Source: Guillardia theta CCMP2712 (lineage: Eukaryota; Protista; Cryptophyta). Taken from it: a DNA stretch of 64,000 bases. Of the stretch, positions 10,690-23,996 are shown piece after piece. The notes below the pieces were generated by a model. It worked only from the letters and a program-made list of their open reading frames with translations. It did not search any database and was not told the origin of the DNA. A program made the translations under genes and the position numbers. The stretch lies in the NCBI RefSeq assembly GCF_000315625.1, contig NW_005434648.1:596974-660973 (forward strand), written 5' to 3'. Each line of letters opens with the position of its first letter. The first letter of the stretch is position 1.

Positions 10690-13020
10690 TTGATCATCGC
10701 TAACCAGCCCATGGAGTCTCTATGCGATGGGTTCTTGAGCTGCAATCACCATGTCAGGGTATGGGATGGGATGACTGCGGGTCCTTACCGTCCTCCAACA
10801 GTCCATGGCATCTTGGCATGAGGGCCTAAGAATCGGATCAGCATGGCCGCGGAAGTTTGACAGGAAGGGGACCATGTAGCCGAAGGACTCTTCCTCTGCT
10901 CAATCCCTTGGAGACCCCATCGTAAGGAAGTCCTTCACATGCTGTCAGTGCGACACTGGCATTCTGGTACTCACCGTGCAAGAGATCTTCTCTTCCATCC
11001 TCTCCGTGCGGGAAAGGACAGTTCCCCCTCCTGTCACGCCAGTTACACACTTGTGAGGAGAGGGGCGACGAACCAGCAGCCGGGTCTGAGGTTGACCGGC
11101 GCTCCCTTCCTCTTGTCCTTTCCAAACCTGCACGGATAGGATGAGCTAGAATGATAGACCCTCCCGACATCACGTCGTCACGGTTGAGGATTGGTTGGGC
11201 TTGCTGTTCACGATGTGGCTGTAGGGTTAAATGCTGAGCTCCTCTTACAACCGCTTCTCTTGCACACCTTCCCTTCTGGGGCCACTTCTTGGCCCCCCAG
11301 CCATCGCCCACGATTCTTGCGGGCGCAAAACCATCGGCGACGGGATGGTGTCTCTCCGAACAGTTCGTGGGGCCATTGCGCATCGATCCTCTGATTCCGC
11401 CTGGTTGATCTTCAGAGACTGAAGGAACTTGATCAGTGCAAGTCAAGCAGCTGACCTGGTTCAGCCCATGCGTTGTCTTTCCACATTCTCTTGAGCCAGC
11501 GTCCTCCCTGTCCGAGCGTCAGCTGGCCTGGTGGTGGATCTCGACATGTCACCTCCTGTTGAAAGAGCCCTCCTTCCCCAAACTTCCTTGCTGCTTGTCG
11601 GTTTCCCCTCCTTTCCTGCAAATGCATCAACGTCGCTCATTAATCTATTGGTTCACCTGGACTTCAAACATCGACCTCAGCCCGTTAATCACCAGCTTCT
11701 CTCCCCTGCATACCGATGTCAAAAGACTCTTCAATCGCTCGCCTCCTTGGCATTCCTTCCATCCACTTGCGGTGGATTCTTCAACCTCGCCACCACCGGT
11801 CGATGCGTGTCGTTGGGCTCTGGCCATTCAGGCTGCTCGCAAGTTCAGAGACCGGATACATAAGGCATGTAGCACAACATCCCAAGGAGGCTCTTCGGGC
11901 AGAATATTCCTGTTTACAGGTCCTTCGAAGTGAATCAGCGGGCCTCGATTGATCTCCCCCTACCGCCACATTTTAATCTTCCAAAACAAAGGAAAGATAT
12001 TTCGCGCACCTGCCCAGTGTACAGAGGTCTGGTCCGTCGTAGATCTGCACTGTGCGGTCTTGTTTTCCCGGGATAAAGATTTTGTATCTGAAAAGTGGCT
12101 ACAATCAATTGTTTCGCAGCAAGGACCGAGGTAATGTTCGGGTTGCAAAACCTCCTCCTCGCGTTTTCTTCACCTGTCCTCTTGCTGTCCTTGGTGGATA
12201 ATTTGCACCAGCAGATCGAAAGGGAATGTAATTCTCCTTATCCTCACGTACCCCTCTCCGCATCCATGTGGCCGTTGAGAAACCCATGCCTCCGTTCAGG
12301 TTGCGGTACAATTCAATCTCCTAATCATTCTCCAGTAAGCTCTCACTAGTGCTTCTTCACTTCTCACCTTTCGCTTCTTCTCGGCAGCCCTGTCTACATG
12401 TAGGGGCTTGCAGAGCGTCATCAATAGAACAATGAACAGCAGTGAAGCTTGTCTACCTGATGTTTGGTCAGAGGAAACCCGATCATCTCGCGGGTGTGAG
12501 CGCTGCTTCTTGGTCTGTTGTAAGCGATGTCATCGTTTGCATCCCAAGCCATGGGCCTCGGATCATAGTGCACTGTGTCCAACCCATAGTTATCAGCTCC
12601 TACGACGTAGAATTCCAGCGCTGGTTTTCTGGGATCTGGAGGATCTCCGTATCCATGATGACCATGTTTTTCAAGGAGGATGCCGTCCATCTTTGCCTGG
12701 AAGATTTCAGTCAATTCATGCAGATTTGTTATTTCTATCATCACACGTACACAGCAATTGTGAGTATCTAGAATCCCCTGCACAGTTTTGCTCTCAACAC
12801 TCCAGCATCCGCATAATGCGCATGACAGGCTCTCTTTTCATGCACAACGATTACTTCTCCCGTTCATTCTTTCCTCTATCCTGTTTCTTCTCCTTCTGGA
12901 CTCTGCTAGCTTGCTCTATACACCAATGAAGCTCCATAATCTCCTGCTGCTGCTTCGTTTCTTCTTCATATTCTCGTTCTCATGCCCCTGCTCTCCTGCT
13001 CTTGCTTTCATGCCGCACCA
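10690..13020 (-). pseudogene. Decayed coding-like region of unknown origin
   Basis: Minus-strand fragments with splice-like boundaries (10780-11130). Frameshifted or stop-interrupted protein-like frames (EYEEETKQQQEIMELHWCIEQ...; ORF 12421-12783). No coherent gene or recognisable domain. Confidence 0.3.
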
Positions 13021-13304
13021 ACGGCTCCAAAAACAAATCCTTGTAAAAGTTAAAAAACTATTTCGCGGCACCGTTTGTGATGCGGGCGGCCCAGCAATCT
13101 CCCACTACAGTCAAATACATCTCCAACAGTGATAAGTAAAATAAATACTATTGCCCTCGCATTATTATGGTACAAATGATTTCCATTTCATAAAAAATCT
13201 TGGTACTTGAATGATTGGTCAAAATGGATTCTTAGCTTGTTTGAACAGCGAACGAGAGGCGATGACGATGATAGCTGACAGAACCTGCTGAGAAGCGACA
13301 GAGA

Positions 13305-16300
13305 ATGGCAGATAGGAATCAATCTGCAGAACAACAGCAACAGACAGCAACTTGTCGGATGGTTTCTGAAGACGTCTTTGAAACTTTAAATTTGAAAGGA
13401 AACCTCTGCAAATCGGTATCATCCAGCTCTTGCAACTGTAGTATGTCTATCCACTTAGATCAAGTGCAGAGCTTGATCGCTTCAGATTCAGTTGAGACAG
13501 GTTTGTTAGAGATGTATTTCTTGAAATTCATCGTCAGCTTCAATGCGAAACTCCAAGATCCTAACCAGGAGATTCTCACACGACTGTTGAAGACTACAAT
13601 TCCTGCTGATGGAGTTGAAATCGATCCAAGAATCATGTTGCGACTATTACAAATCAGCAAGACATTCAGGTTTCGACGTTCTACTTCCGACATTGTCTTT
13701 CAGCAGAGCCAGGAGGAGATTCGTGGTCTTCTTGAGCATTGCATACAACATCTTACCATAGCTGCTAAAAAACTATCCAACAAGATAGGCAGCGACCTTA
13801 TCGTCATCAACAATGCTCTTTACAATGCAACAGTCATCAAAGATGTCCCGGAAGGCATGAAGAGTCTTGAGAGACAACACACGTTAGTGAGGAACAAGTC
13901 AAGGGAGATCCTGTCAAAGATAGAAGGATCAAGATGTGGTAAGAGTGAAGATTCAAAGTGGCTCGCCCAACGTGGGTTGTCCTGGTGTTTGCATCGTATT
14001 GCAGAGTGCTCCACACAAGACGAAAAACTTGCAAACACCCTACGACTTGTTTTTATTGAATCCTATAACGAGCTGGTTCTTTATCAGCCTGATGACTGTG
14101 CTTATATGAGCAAAGATACCTGTCGAACTTGGTTGCTGGAAGTTCTGGAGAACTTGAAACAATGCGCTGCGCAATCAACAAAAGCTTGGGCGATTTGTTT
14201 TGCTTGTTTCGAATTCATGCTGAATGCCAGCTATCGCTTTCCAGCTTTGCAAGAAGATTGCATCGAGTTTTTAGAGTCGCCTTTAGAGATCACCGACGGC
14301 AGCATGTTTCAAGGATTGAAATCATGGATCTCGCGTGAGGAGTTTTCTGTCGGTCTGATTCGTTGCAAGATGATCGAGGTTTTAATACAACTAGCTTGCT
14401 GGGGCGCAGAGAAAGTGAAGAATCAAGCTCAGCAAGTTCTTCATCGTCTACGAAGCCACTCAAAGGCTTACAGTGCAGTGATGGCTGGTCTAGAGGACAG
14501 CTCGGATGAGTATTGCAAGGTTTTGATGACTCCTGAAGCAGCGCAATGTGGGGTCATCAGGTTCTTCAAGAGTGCCTTCGAAGAGGTAATTGCAGACAGA
14601 AGCGTTGCAAACAAGACGGCAATACAAGCCCTTGTACAAAAATTGCACATTAAACATTTTGAAAACACAAGGAGTGTTTTTGAAGTCTGTCAATATCTTG
14701 ATTTTCATATTTCTTCAAAATCAGAAATGAAGCTGCGCAAGTTCCTGAAGAAAGTCTTTTATTTTGAGTTCAGACAAAGCTATTTCACAGTCTTGTGGTG
14801 TCGACTCTGGATTGCTGCATTCTCCGGCTGCTTTCCAGACATCAGAATGCCAGAGAACTTTCTTCGGCCTCTGTCCTCCAAAGTGGATTTACCTGAAGCC
14901 AACACAAGCCTTATGCCTGGAAATTTTCCTTACTACCATTTATCTGGTCCCGATCTGTTGGGTTCTCGAAACCAACAAACTATGACTTCGATGAGAGAAT
15001 CGGGCATCCCACATAACATGAAAGAACCCTTCATGTCAACATCCATAGATGACGGAAAACACGAGTCTACTCCAGTTGAGCTCATGCGGATCAAAGAGAA
15101 CGTCTCAACAACCCTCGAATCCTGTTGTGGTACTTCTCTACAATATGTCTCAGAGATGGAAGCAGTTTCGACGAACACAAATTTGAAAGCAAGAGTTTCA
15201 ACAGTCGGTGTGACCCTCAGCGAAAATGAAACAGAAGAGGTTCGCAGAAGCATTGTCAGAATCCAAGAGTTGATTTCGCACAGCAACATTAATCAGAATG
15301 ACTTTCAGCACGGGAAAAGAAATGTGATCATCCTTGGCGTGACAGGAAGTGGCAAGAGCACGTTAGTCAACAGTCTTGCTGGTTGCAAACTTCGTTGTTT
15401 GACGATAGAAGAATCCCTTGCGAAGCATCTCAATCCTTTCCCTCCCGCCCTCTGTGTTGTTCCGGTCAGTGAAGGCGGCCCTCTTGACGCGGTTTCAGAC
15501 ATCGGGTTAAGTCACGACACGTCGCAGACTGAAGTCTTGATGCCCATCAGCCTGAGAGGAGAGTCTCTGGTCCTGTGGGATGCTCCTGGCTTCGAAGACA
15601 CCAAGGGCTCCGAGGTCAACATCGCCAATGCAGTCAACCTCACCAAGCTGCTGGAGCTGTCGAGAGATCACGGCATCTCGATCCTCTGTGTGCTTGACGC
15701 TGAGTCAATGTATGCTGCCAAGGGTTCTGGAGCCCACAGGACGATACGCATCCTCAAGAATCTATTTGGAGGAGACGAGGAGAGAGTCAGAGAGAACTTT
15801 GAAAGCATCGTGTGGTGCTTGTCAAAGGTTAATGAGCAATGTCCACTGAAGATAGGAAGAACTCACTTGACGAAATTTCTTGCAGACAATGGGATGAGCA
15901 CAAGTGAGAAGCAGAACTTGATTCATATCTATGATCCCTTAGAACGACATCACGATGGAATCAAACGATCTGACTTGATCGCGTTGCTGCAGTCTGTTCC
16001 TCCTGTTGTAGCAGATGAAAACACATTTCAGACTCCCCTCAATGACACCGACAAGCTGTTAGTTTCAAAAATAGCTAAGGTGGTGAGCGAAGATGTTGTA
16101 GAAGCAATGCAAGCAGGCAGGTTCGATCAAGTCAAAGAACAATACCACACATTTCAAAGCTTGAATGTGATACGAAACCAAGAAATTGACCAGAATAAAA
16201 TCAGAATCCTTGGAGAAATCACTGAAACAGTCAGGAAATGGGAAAATATCATCAAAGAATTCAAAGGAGACTTCTCGACTGCAGGCAGGGAAACTTTGAG

Positions 16301-19300
16301 AAAGCATGTCAAGTTATTCAAAGCTGCTGAGATCTTGGACGAGATCGTGGAGATGAACGTTAGACTTCGGTTAGATAAATGTGTCGAAGACATCCACAAT
16401 CATGAAGCACAGAAGCAGCACAAAGAAAATTTGGAGTTGAACAGGTTATTTTCAACATGCTCTGCTTGTTTCAAGAAGAAGATGAATGAGCTTGCGGTTT
16501 CAAATCCTCATCGTACTTTGAAGCTTGATGTGCAAAGAAGCATGGAAAACTTGTTGAAGGAATTTCCTGATGTTGAAGAAGTTCAGAAATTCTTTGATTT
16601 TTTCTCCATAGCAAGAAGAGTTTTGCAACAAAGAAACTCAATCGAAAATTTTCTGTTTGGAGATCAGACATACCTTGCAATAACGATTCAGCTATACGAA
16701 AAAAATGTGAAGAAACTTTTCAGCGAAGTTGTGGGCTTTAGCAAGAAGGCAATCTTATTGCAAGAATGCGACGAAGCCCTAAGACAATTACGAGAGAATG
16801 CTCTCATCGTTGTGGAAAGAGATTTTGAGTCTCTATGGAAGCAGGAAATTGACGTCTCTGCCACCCCCACGGTCAGTCTGATTCTTCGCTTCGCCATCAT
16901 CTGACGTGTACACTTTACGCGCAGGTGAAGAGCTTTCAAACTTTCAACGTGTGGGAATCGCTCGAATCATTGCGATCAGAATTTCCAGAATCTTACGATA
17001 TCAAGTGTAAAGAATTGCAAAACATCTATAGAGAAATCCATGAAGCTGCTTTTTATCACAAGGGTGAGGAAATTGTCAATGACATTACTCGTTTTTTGGC
17101 GGATGTCCGTGAGGCCAATAGGAGCGAGCAGGACAAACTGATCTCTAGCATCAACGAGTTGAGAGAGCTTGATGGAGATTCTCGTCGTTATAAACGTCAG
17201 ATTTCAAATATCACTGAAGGCCTGCAACGGTTGCACAATGAAAATGAAATTCATGACCTCATTGAAAGTAAACAAATCGGCAAGGTGATAGATCGATACG
17301 ATTCCTTGGTGCATCTCTCTCAGGGCCTCGAATCTCATCTTGTCGTGGATGTCAGCGCAATCAAGAAGACAGTCTCAAACTGGATGACTATGATGCAGGA
17401 GAATTCGTTGGAAGAGATTGATCGAGACATCAAGGAACCAAATTACCTGCAGCTTCAACATCTCAACCAATTCTGGCAAGCATATACATCACTGCGGGCG
17501 AAACCAGATCTTATCATATCAGATGAGACGCTTGAGGAGAGGGCATTAAAAAGACTAGAGTCAAACATCAAGAATGTGCTAGATATTCTTCAACGACCAC
17601 AACATTTCGGGGGGATTTGCAATGTCGGGGAGATGGTTGCAAAACTGTTGATCAAGAGCTTTGGGGTCTCTGAAGTACTTGGAATGGTGGAGAAATTCAA
17701 GACATTCGTATCACAAGATTTGCTGGATCGATTGCAGTCTAGCGAAAAGTACAAGGCTGGTATCTCATTGAAGGATTACATTCGTTCTCAATCATCAGAT
17801 GAAATTGTTCGTATTTCTCAATCAATCCTCTCAACTTTCCCTCAGTTCGAGATGTTCAGCATTGAAATGTTCAACGAGAAAGCTTCTGGTATGAAGTTCG
17901 AAGATGCGTTGATGAGGATGCAATGTGAACCCGGTGACGATGTCAACAAAGATTTGCTACGGTCCTGCTATGAGGCTTACAAACAAACTTACGATTCTGT
18001 TGTGAGAAAAATCATCAGCAACCGCGACAATTATCAGAGAGAGAAAAAATCATATCTAAAGCAGATCCAAGACATCTCAAACAAGCTTCAACCATATGCG
18101 CACAGCCTGTCTCAGGCTCCTCAAGAGCTCGGAAGCTTACTCGGTTACATTTGCGGGCATTGGACCTTCATGTCGATCCCTGAGAATCAGATTGGAGTTG
18201 AGAGGAGCAGAGTACGTCAGCCTCATGACACGCAGATCCTGGGAATTCTTCGACTCCTCGGGGTTGATCAAGATCGAATGCTGAACCATCTCATTCAAAT
18301 CAACACGGGTGAAGGCAAGTCGATCGCTATTGGTTTTACCTCCGTCGTCCTAGCTAAAATAGGCTTCTTCGTAGATGCTGTTTGTTACAGTAAGTACCTT
18401 TCAGAACGCGACAGAAGGGCGTTTGCTGACCTTTTTCGAGAGTTGGAGGTTCAGGAGTATATCACATACGGTGACTTCAAGGACTTGTCAAACATGATCA
18501 TGACGGATGAAATCTTTCCCGATGACTTCCCGGATGTCAGGAAAACTTTTCTCAACTGCATACGAGGAGACGAAGAGAACGAGGGAGTCACTTCTTCGAG
18601 GAGGGGGAGACCGTCAGTGTTGCTCATGGATGAGGTCGATGTTTTCTTCGGAGACAAATTTTACGGCCACACTTATGATGCTCGCCAGCGATTGGATGCT
18701 GGTTTCAACATCCTCAAATATGTTTGGGACAATCGTCATCGTCTGAGAAGCGATGCTGGATCCATCGAAGAGCTCTTGTCTCTCAAGGAGACAGAGGATC
18801 TGTTTTCGAAGTATCCTCTCCTTTCACAAGATCTGCTCGAGCGCGAACTGAAAGAAATACTCGACTCAGTAGCATTGTTCCCTGTGGGCTCAAAACCACA
18901 TTTGGCAGCTTATCTGGACTACATCGTTGACAAGGAACGTCAATTGATTGGATATATCGATCCTCAGAGCGGCATCCCATGCTACAACATAGGTTATTGC
19001 TACATTACAGCTTTCACTTATTTGTATTGTTCCGAATCAAGTTTGGAAGGAATCGTTCTAGATCGGATCAAGCACATGATGACGATTCAACCAAGGTGTG
19101 GACGGCTACTCTACTCGCAGATCCCGAAATGTTACACATACTGTCTGGGAATGACAGGGACGCTAAATTGCCTTGATGAAGCTCAGATTCACTTGCTACG
19201 AGAGTACAACTTTCATCATAAGACATACTTGCCCTCTACGTTCAGTAAGAAGGAAATTGAGATGAGGGAGATGGAAGTGATAGTCGAAGACTATGACAGA

Positions 19301-19945
19301 TTCTTCGTGCAGGTGCGAAAAGAGATCGAAGAGATGCTCAGAAAAGGCAGAGCAATAATCATCACGTTTGCGACTCAATCGTCCCTGGATAAGTTTGCAG
19401 AGAAGCTCATGAACGAGAAGCCGAATCTGAACCAGTACAAAGGCTTCAAGACCTTGTCTGACAGTCTCGGTCTCGAAGAGAGGCAAGAGATAGTCAATCA
19501 TGCTACTCGCCCCTTCGCTGTCACCTTGATCACAAGGTTTTACGGTCGAGGGACGGACTTCGCATGCTTCGATCAAGCCTTGGTGAGGGCGGGCGGAGTG
19601 CATGTCGTAGTTACGTTTCTGCCAGAAGACAACTCTGAAGCTAAGCAGATTCTTGGTCGAACATGCCGACAAGATGATCCTGGGTCTGCAAGGTTCATCC
19701 TCTACGAACAAGACCTGAAATACTTGGGAGCAAACCACGTGGAAAAGGAATCGTCGGGGAAGGACTGGTTACCCTATCTCGAGATGAAACGAGCGGAGAA
19801 GTTGAGAGCAAAATACCAGAAGCTCGAAGAAAAGCATCATCAAGGTACTGAGGTTCACAAGAAGACTCTTGCTGTTGTAGAATTAGTCAAGAGCCACAAT
19901 TTTGACCAAGCACAACAAATCCTTCTAGGGATGGTACGGTATTAG
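13305..19945 (+). CDS. ~2195-aa P-loop GTPase + SecA-like SF2 ATPase fusion, two exons (13305-16871, 16925-19945)
   Basis: A phase-0 53-nt intron at 16872-16924 (GTCAGT...CTGAC...GCAG) joins the two long ORFs. GTPase motifs: G1 ILGVTGSGKST (~15336), G3 WDAPG (~15576), G4-like CLSKVN. SecA-type motifs: QINTGEGKS (~18296), YLSERD, MDEVD (~18626), GMTGT, GRGTD and QILGRTCRQ. Confidence 0.9.
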
Positions 19946-20116
19946 CAGCTTATGCTGCCGACTAAGGGATTGCCACCTTTGATTCAGATTCAGAGATCGA
20001 ACAAGTCGGATTTCATACTTGCTGATTCAAACGATAAGGATATTCTCCTGAGCTGCTTTGATTCGGGCAAAGCGATGCCAAAACAATCCAAGAAGCTGGC
20101 GCAAGAACTTGCATTG

Positions 20117-20129
20117 CTTCTTCTTCTTC

Positions 20130-20172
<43 letters not shown>

Positions 20173-20241
20173 GCATCAGCATCAGCATCAGCATCAGCAT
20201 CAGCATCATCAAAAGCAACATCGTCGTCGTCATCGTCATCA
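20117..20241. repeat. Compound microsatellite (CTT)n(CAT)n(CAGCAT)n
   Basis: Directly visible, between the 3' ends of two convergent genes. It generates spurious poly-H/D/M/I ORFs. Confidence 0.95.
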
Positions 20242-20430
20242 TTTACGTTTTCCAATCAAATCATCATTGTTCCCTGCAAGATCATCATCCCCATCATCGT
20301 CATTATCCCCATCTTGTCAGCGTTATTATCTTCTTTTTCTTTCACAATCATCATCACCTCTTTCTACTCCTTGTCTACATCGTTCTAGTCGATTGCTCTT
20401 GTATCTCAAGCACACTTCATTAACCTACAT

Positions 20431-23400
20431 CTAGACGACGAGGCGAGGAGTAGAGTTGGAACTTGTGAAAGAGCAAGCGAAAAAAACGATTTGTTTCTGT
20501 TCATTCTTTTTACATATCTTGAAGATGAAGTCAGTCAGTGGTAGAATGCAATGAGCTTCACACAAGATTGAATTGCTTCTTCTCAACAACCGTTTTTGCC
20601 CTTCTCTCATCAGCACGTATTCGAGGAATTTCTTCTCCTGCATTCAAGTGACTCAGCAGAAGTCACACGAGGCTGCAGGTTTCTCACCTTGCAGCAAGAA
20701 ACGTTTCCATTGCTTCTCGTGCATTGAAACAGCTTTCTCACGTGCAGACTGCAAGCGAAGAAGCAGGTTCCGCTTCAAAGTCTCGTTGCTAAACGGCCGG
20801 CTCTGTAAAAGATCTCTCGGGGTATCAGAACCATATGACAACATCTTGTCCTCCCCCCTACCATACAACCGTCAGCCTGCAGCAGGAACAGCAGCAAGAG
20901 AATACCTTGAGCTGTGATAGAAGAGCGATTGCTTGATGGAGAGGTCTTGTGGTGGAAGATACAAGCTTCTCACGTGTGGGGTTTTTAACTCGCTGCCGCA
21001 TTGACAATTCTCAAGAGACAACCAAAGAGCATAACAATCGCGTTCAAGCTTCTTCCATCTTTTCACGTTGCATGTTTTGCCCAGGGCAACTAATTTGTTT
21101 TGCACCTCTTTTTTTATGAGAGTTGTTTGCGTTCCTGATGAAATCCTTTCTGCGAATTTCAAATTGATTTCTTCTTGACTTGTGAAGTCAATATATGTCA
21201 GATCTGTTTCAAGAAGAGATAATTGCTGTATCAAGGCTTCTAAACCACTCTTTAGATGATTTTCATGATGCGAATCTGAGTCACTATCCTTTCTTGGAAC
21301 CATCTGTGCATCATGCTTGATTTCACTCTCTTCTCTCATTCGCTGCTGCAGGATCATCTCATGATATCGCACTTCTGCTAGCTCAAGAGCCTTGTTTTTG
21401 TCCTCAATGCTCAAATCTCGCTGTCGAAGTGCAAACAGATAATCTTCGTACACTGATCTGCATTCCAGTGTCGCTGCCTCTGCTTGCTTCTTCCAGTAAT
21501 TAATCTCAACATCTTTCTCACTGATTTCTTGCTCGTGCTTCAGCAATCTTTCATCTCTCTCCATCAAGTTCCGTTTGAGAGAGGATATCATTGAATTCGC
21601 TGCCTCGCGGTCCAGCAGGTTCTGGCTTCTCTCATTCTCCAAGATGTTCTTGTAGCTCATCAGATCCGACTGGGTGTGATTCAGCTGATCTCTCAAGCCA
21701 CCAGCCTCAACTTGCAGACGCTGAATGTCCTGCAGGAGCTCATTCTTGCAGTGTGAATAATCTCTCTCCAACGCCATGTAGTTCTGCTCACACTCCTCCA
21801 GCTTCTCGATCAAAGTCTTGCTGCTCCTGTCCAACACCTCCAGCTTCTCCACCTGCCACTCGAACAGCAACCACGAGCACAGCATCGCCTTCTCACGAGC
21901 CGACTCGGCGACGCCCTCCTCCCCTAGGACGATGTTTCTGAGGGGGGACCACACGCCCGTCATGTACAGCTGGAACCTGACCTCTTGCACGGTCATCAGG
22001 CACAGCAACGTGTGCAGGCAGTGCTCGAGAAGCATCTCTCCTTGCTCTCTCGACCACTGTTCGAGCACCCTGACGAGCAGGTCGGGGAGGTGAAGTTCGA
22101 CAAGGGGGATCTTGATCTCGTCCACCTCTGCCAGCCTGCTGAGAGTCTGAAGACGACTGAGCGGCGACCAGGTGATTCCTGCCCATATAATCCCATCGAG
22201 AGCACATTGCAAAGTCCACACGATTGTTTTCAAGGTTGAGATGTCAGGTAAGAATGGGAATTGCTGTTCTTCTGGAATCAGCTTGACGACGATCTCAAAG
22301 ATGCTGGCAATGGTACAGGAGACCTGTTCTGATGGATGTTTGATATCTTCTGATTGCTGGATCAGGGGCAGCAAGAGGTCTTCTAGTACTCTCCTCCTCC
22401 TCAGCACCTCTCTGCTCCGCCTGTTGGAGGTGAAGAGAATGAAAAGACCGATGATAGAATCTATCACGGCCACACGAGTCTGTGAGAAGGTTTCCAGCGA
22501 GGCCCCAGCTGAGTCATGCATCTCGTTCATCAGGGTGAGCTCGATGCTGCTCATGAGCTCATCGTAGCTCACGATGTCGTTGCATGCTCGAGAGCTGACC
22601 CAAGCACAGTTGTTCAGCGTTCGCAGAATGGCGATCTGCAGATCGCACTTTGACTCGTAACTGAGGGCGTTGAAAGCAAGAAATCGTCTCTTTAAATCGT
22701 CTTCCTGGTTCTGCATCGGACCTGAAGGAGCCAAGTTGTCATGCTGCTTGAATTTGACCTCGATGAACTCCAGGAGGTGGGCGAGAGCTGAGAGCAAGCT
22801 GGGGCTCCTACACTCCATGATCCTCAGCGCGTTACGAGAGTTGTTGAAGGCGACTTGACTCAGAGCCTCGCACGCGTGATAGATCGCGTTGGGGCTTCCA
22901 CTGCGAATGAGCCGCTCACATCCCTCGAAGAAGGTGGGAGTCGCTCCGATAACTTCTCGGTTGACAGCTGCCTGCGGGTTTGAAGGGACGCACAGGTCGC
23001 ACAAGCCTTCTGCTCCACTCGTCGCCTCGTCCATGTCGTCAAACCAGAGCTGGGAGACGAGGTCGCGGATCGATCGGTATCTTCCTCCTCCCGTGTACAT
23101 CCCGCTACTCACATCTCCTCGCATCGAGAAGAGACCTGACGTTCCACTCGCTGCAGCTCTGACCTGCTTCGATTCTCTCAAGTGTCTGCAACGCTTTCAG
23201 TTCCAAACCATTCTCCCAACTGACAGACCCTTGCGATCTCGGCATCTCTTTCCCATCAATGTCTTCGTTGCGAGCTTCTGGCTGGTACACCTTCGACAGC
23301 AGGTCAAGAGCATGCCACCATGAGCATCACTGCTCTCACTCCTCGATCCCCAGCTACATGCACACGCGCTGGGATCGCCGACCTCTCTGCTTGGAAGTCT

Positions 23401-23996
23401 ACTGGCATGTAATGATGGTAATGTTCCCCATGTCGAAGGGCATGCCTCGTTTCCCTTGTGGTTTCATGCATTCTTCTATCGCGGCAGTTAGGCATGCATA
23501 GCAGAGAACATAGCGGGAGAACTTGGCAACGAACATGGCGGAGAACATAGCAGAGCACATTTAGATAGTACAACCTCACGTCCTCGCTTCCTTCGGATTC
23601 ATGTGTCGTATAGTAACCATGCCTGCCAAGTTCCATGCCGGATTCATTGATTCGTGCGTACCTAGAATCCAAGTCAGCAGCATGCTCAGGGCTCAGGGGA
23701 AGCAGCCTCACATCTGCGATAGGCGCTCGAACGTCTCTGACAGTCTTCGCGCGCGATCGCTTGAGGCGAGTCAGGGCACTACCGGCGGAGGTTCGCGCAC
23801 CTGTGAATGTGCTGCAAGGAGCCGTCTCTTCGTTGCCGGGTGAAGTACTCGCCGAGACGATCTTGAGGGCGTCGGTGAATCCATCGAACCTGCATGCAGC
23901 CTGTCTCAGTCCAAGTTACCCGTCCTCTCGTCCTCTCGTCCTCTCGTCCTCTCGTCCTCCCGTCCTCTCGTCCTCCCTGGCATCCCCAACCGCCAT
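20431..23996 (-). CDS. Armadillo/HEAT-like repeat protein with C-terminal coiled coil, multi-exon
   Basis: Core exon ~20905-23150 contains helical repeats (ACEALSQVAFNNSRNALRI; LRTLNNCAWVSSRAC; AREKAMLCSWLL) followed by heptad-rich sequence. Two short 3' introns lead to the stop at 20431. Upstream exons and the start are tentative. Confidence 0.65.

Noticed and set aside
14847-15065. U-box-like words (MPENFLRPL ... MKEPF) in the giant protein
   Set aside because: The spacing is incompatible with a U-box domain.
16925-19945. Calling this ORF canonical secA
   Set aside because: It is exon 2 of a larger gene, the motor is C-terminal, and the scaffold/wing region and a targeting peptide are not visible.
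19952-20434. Poly-His / poly-Asp / poly-Met ORFs
   Set aside because: They are translations of a CAT microsatellite between convergent genes.
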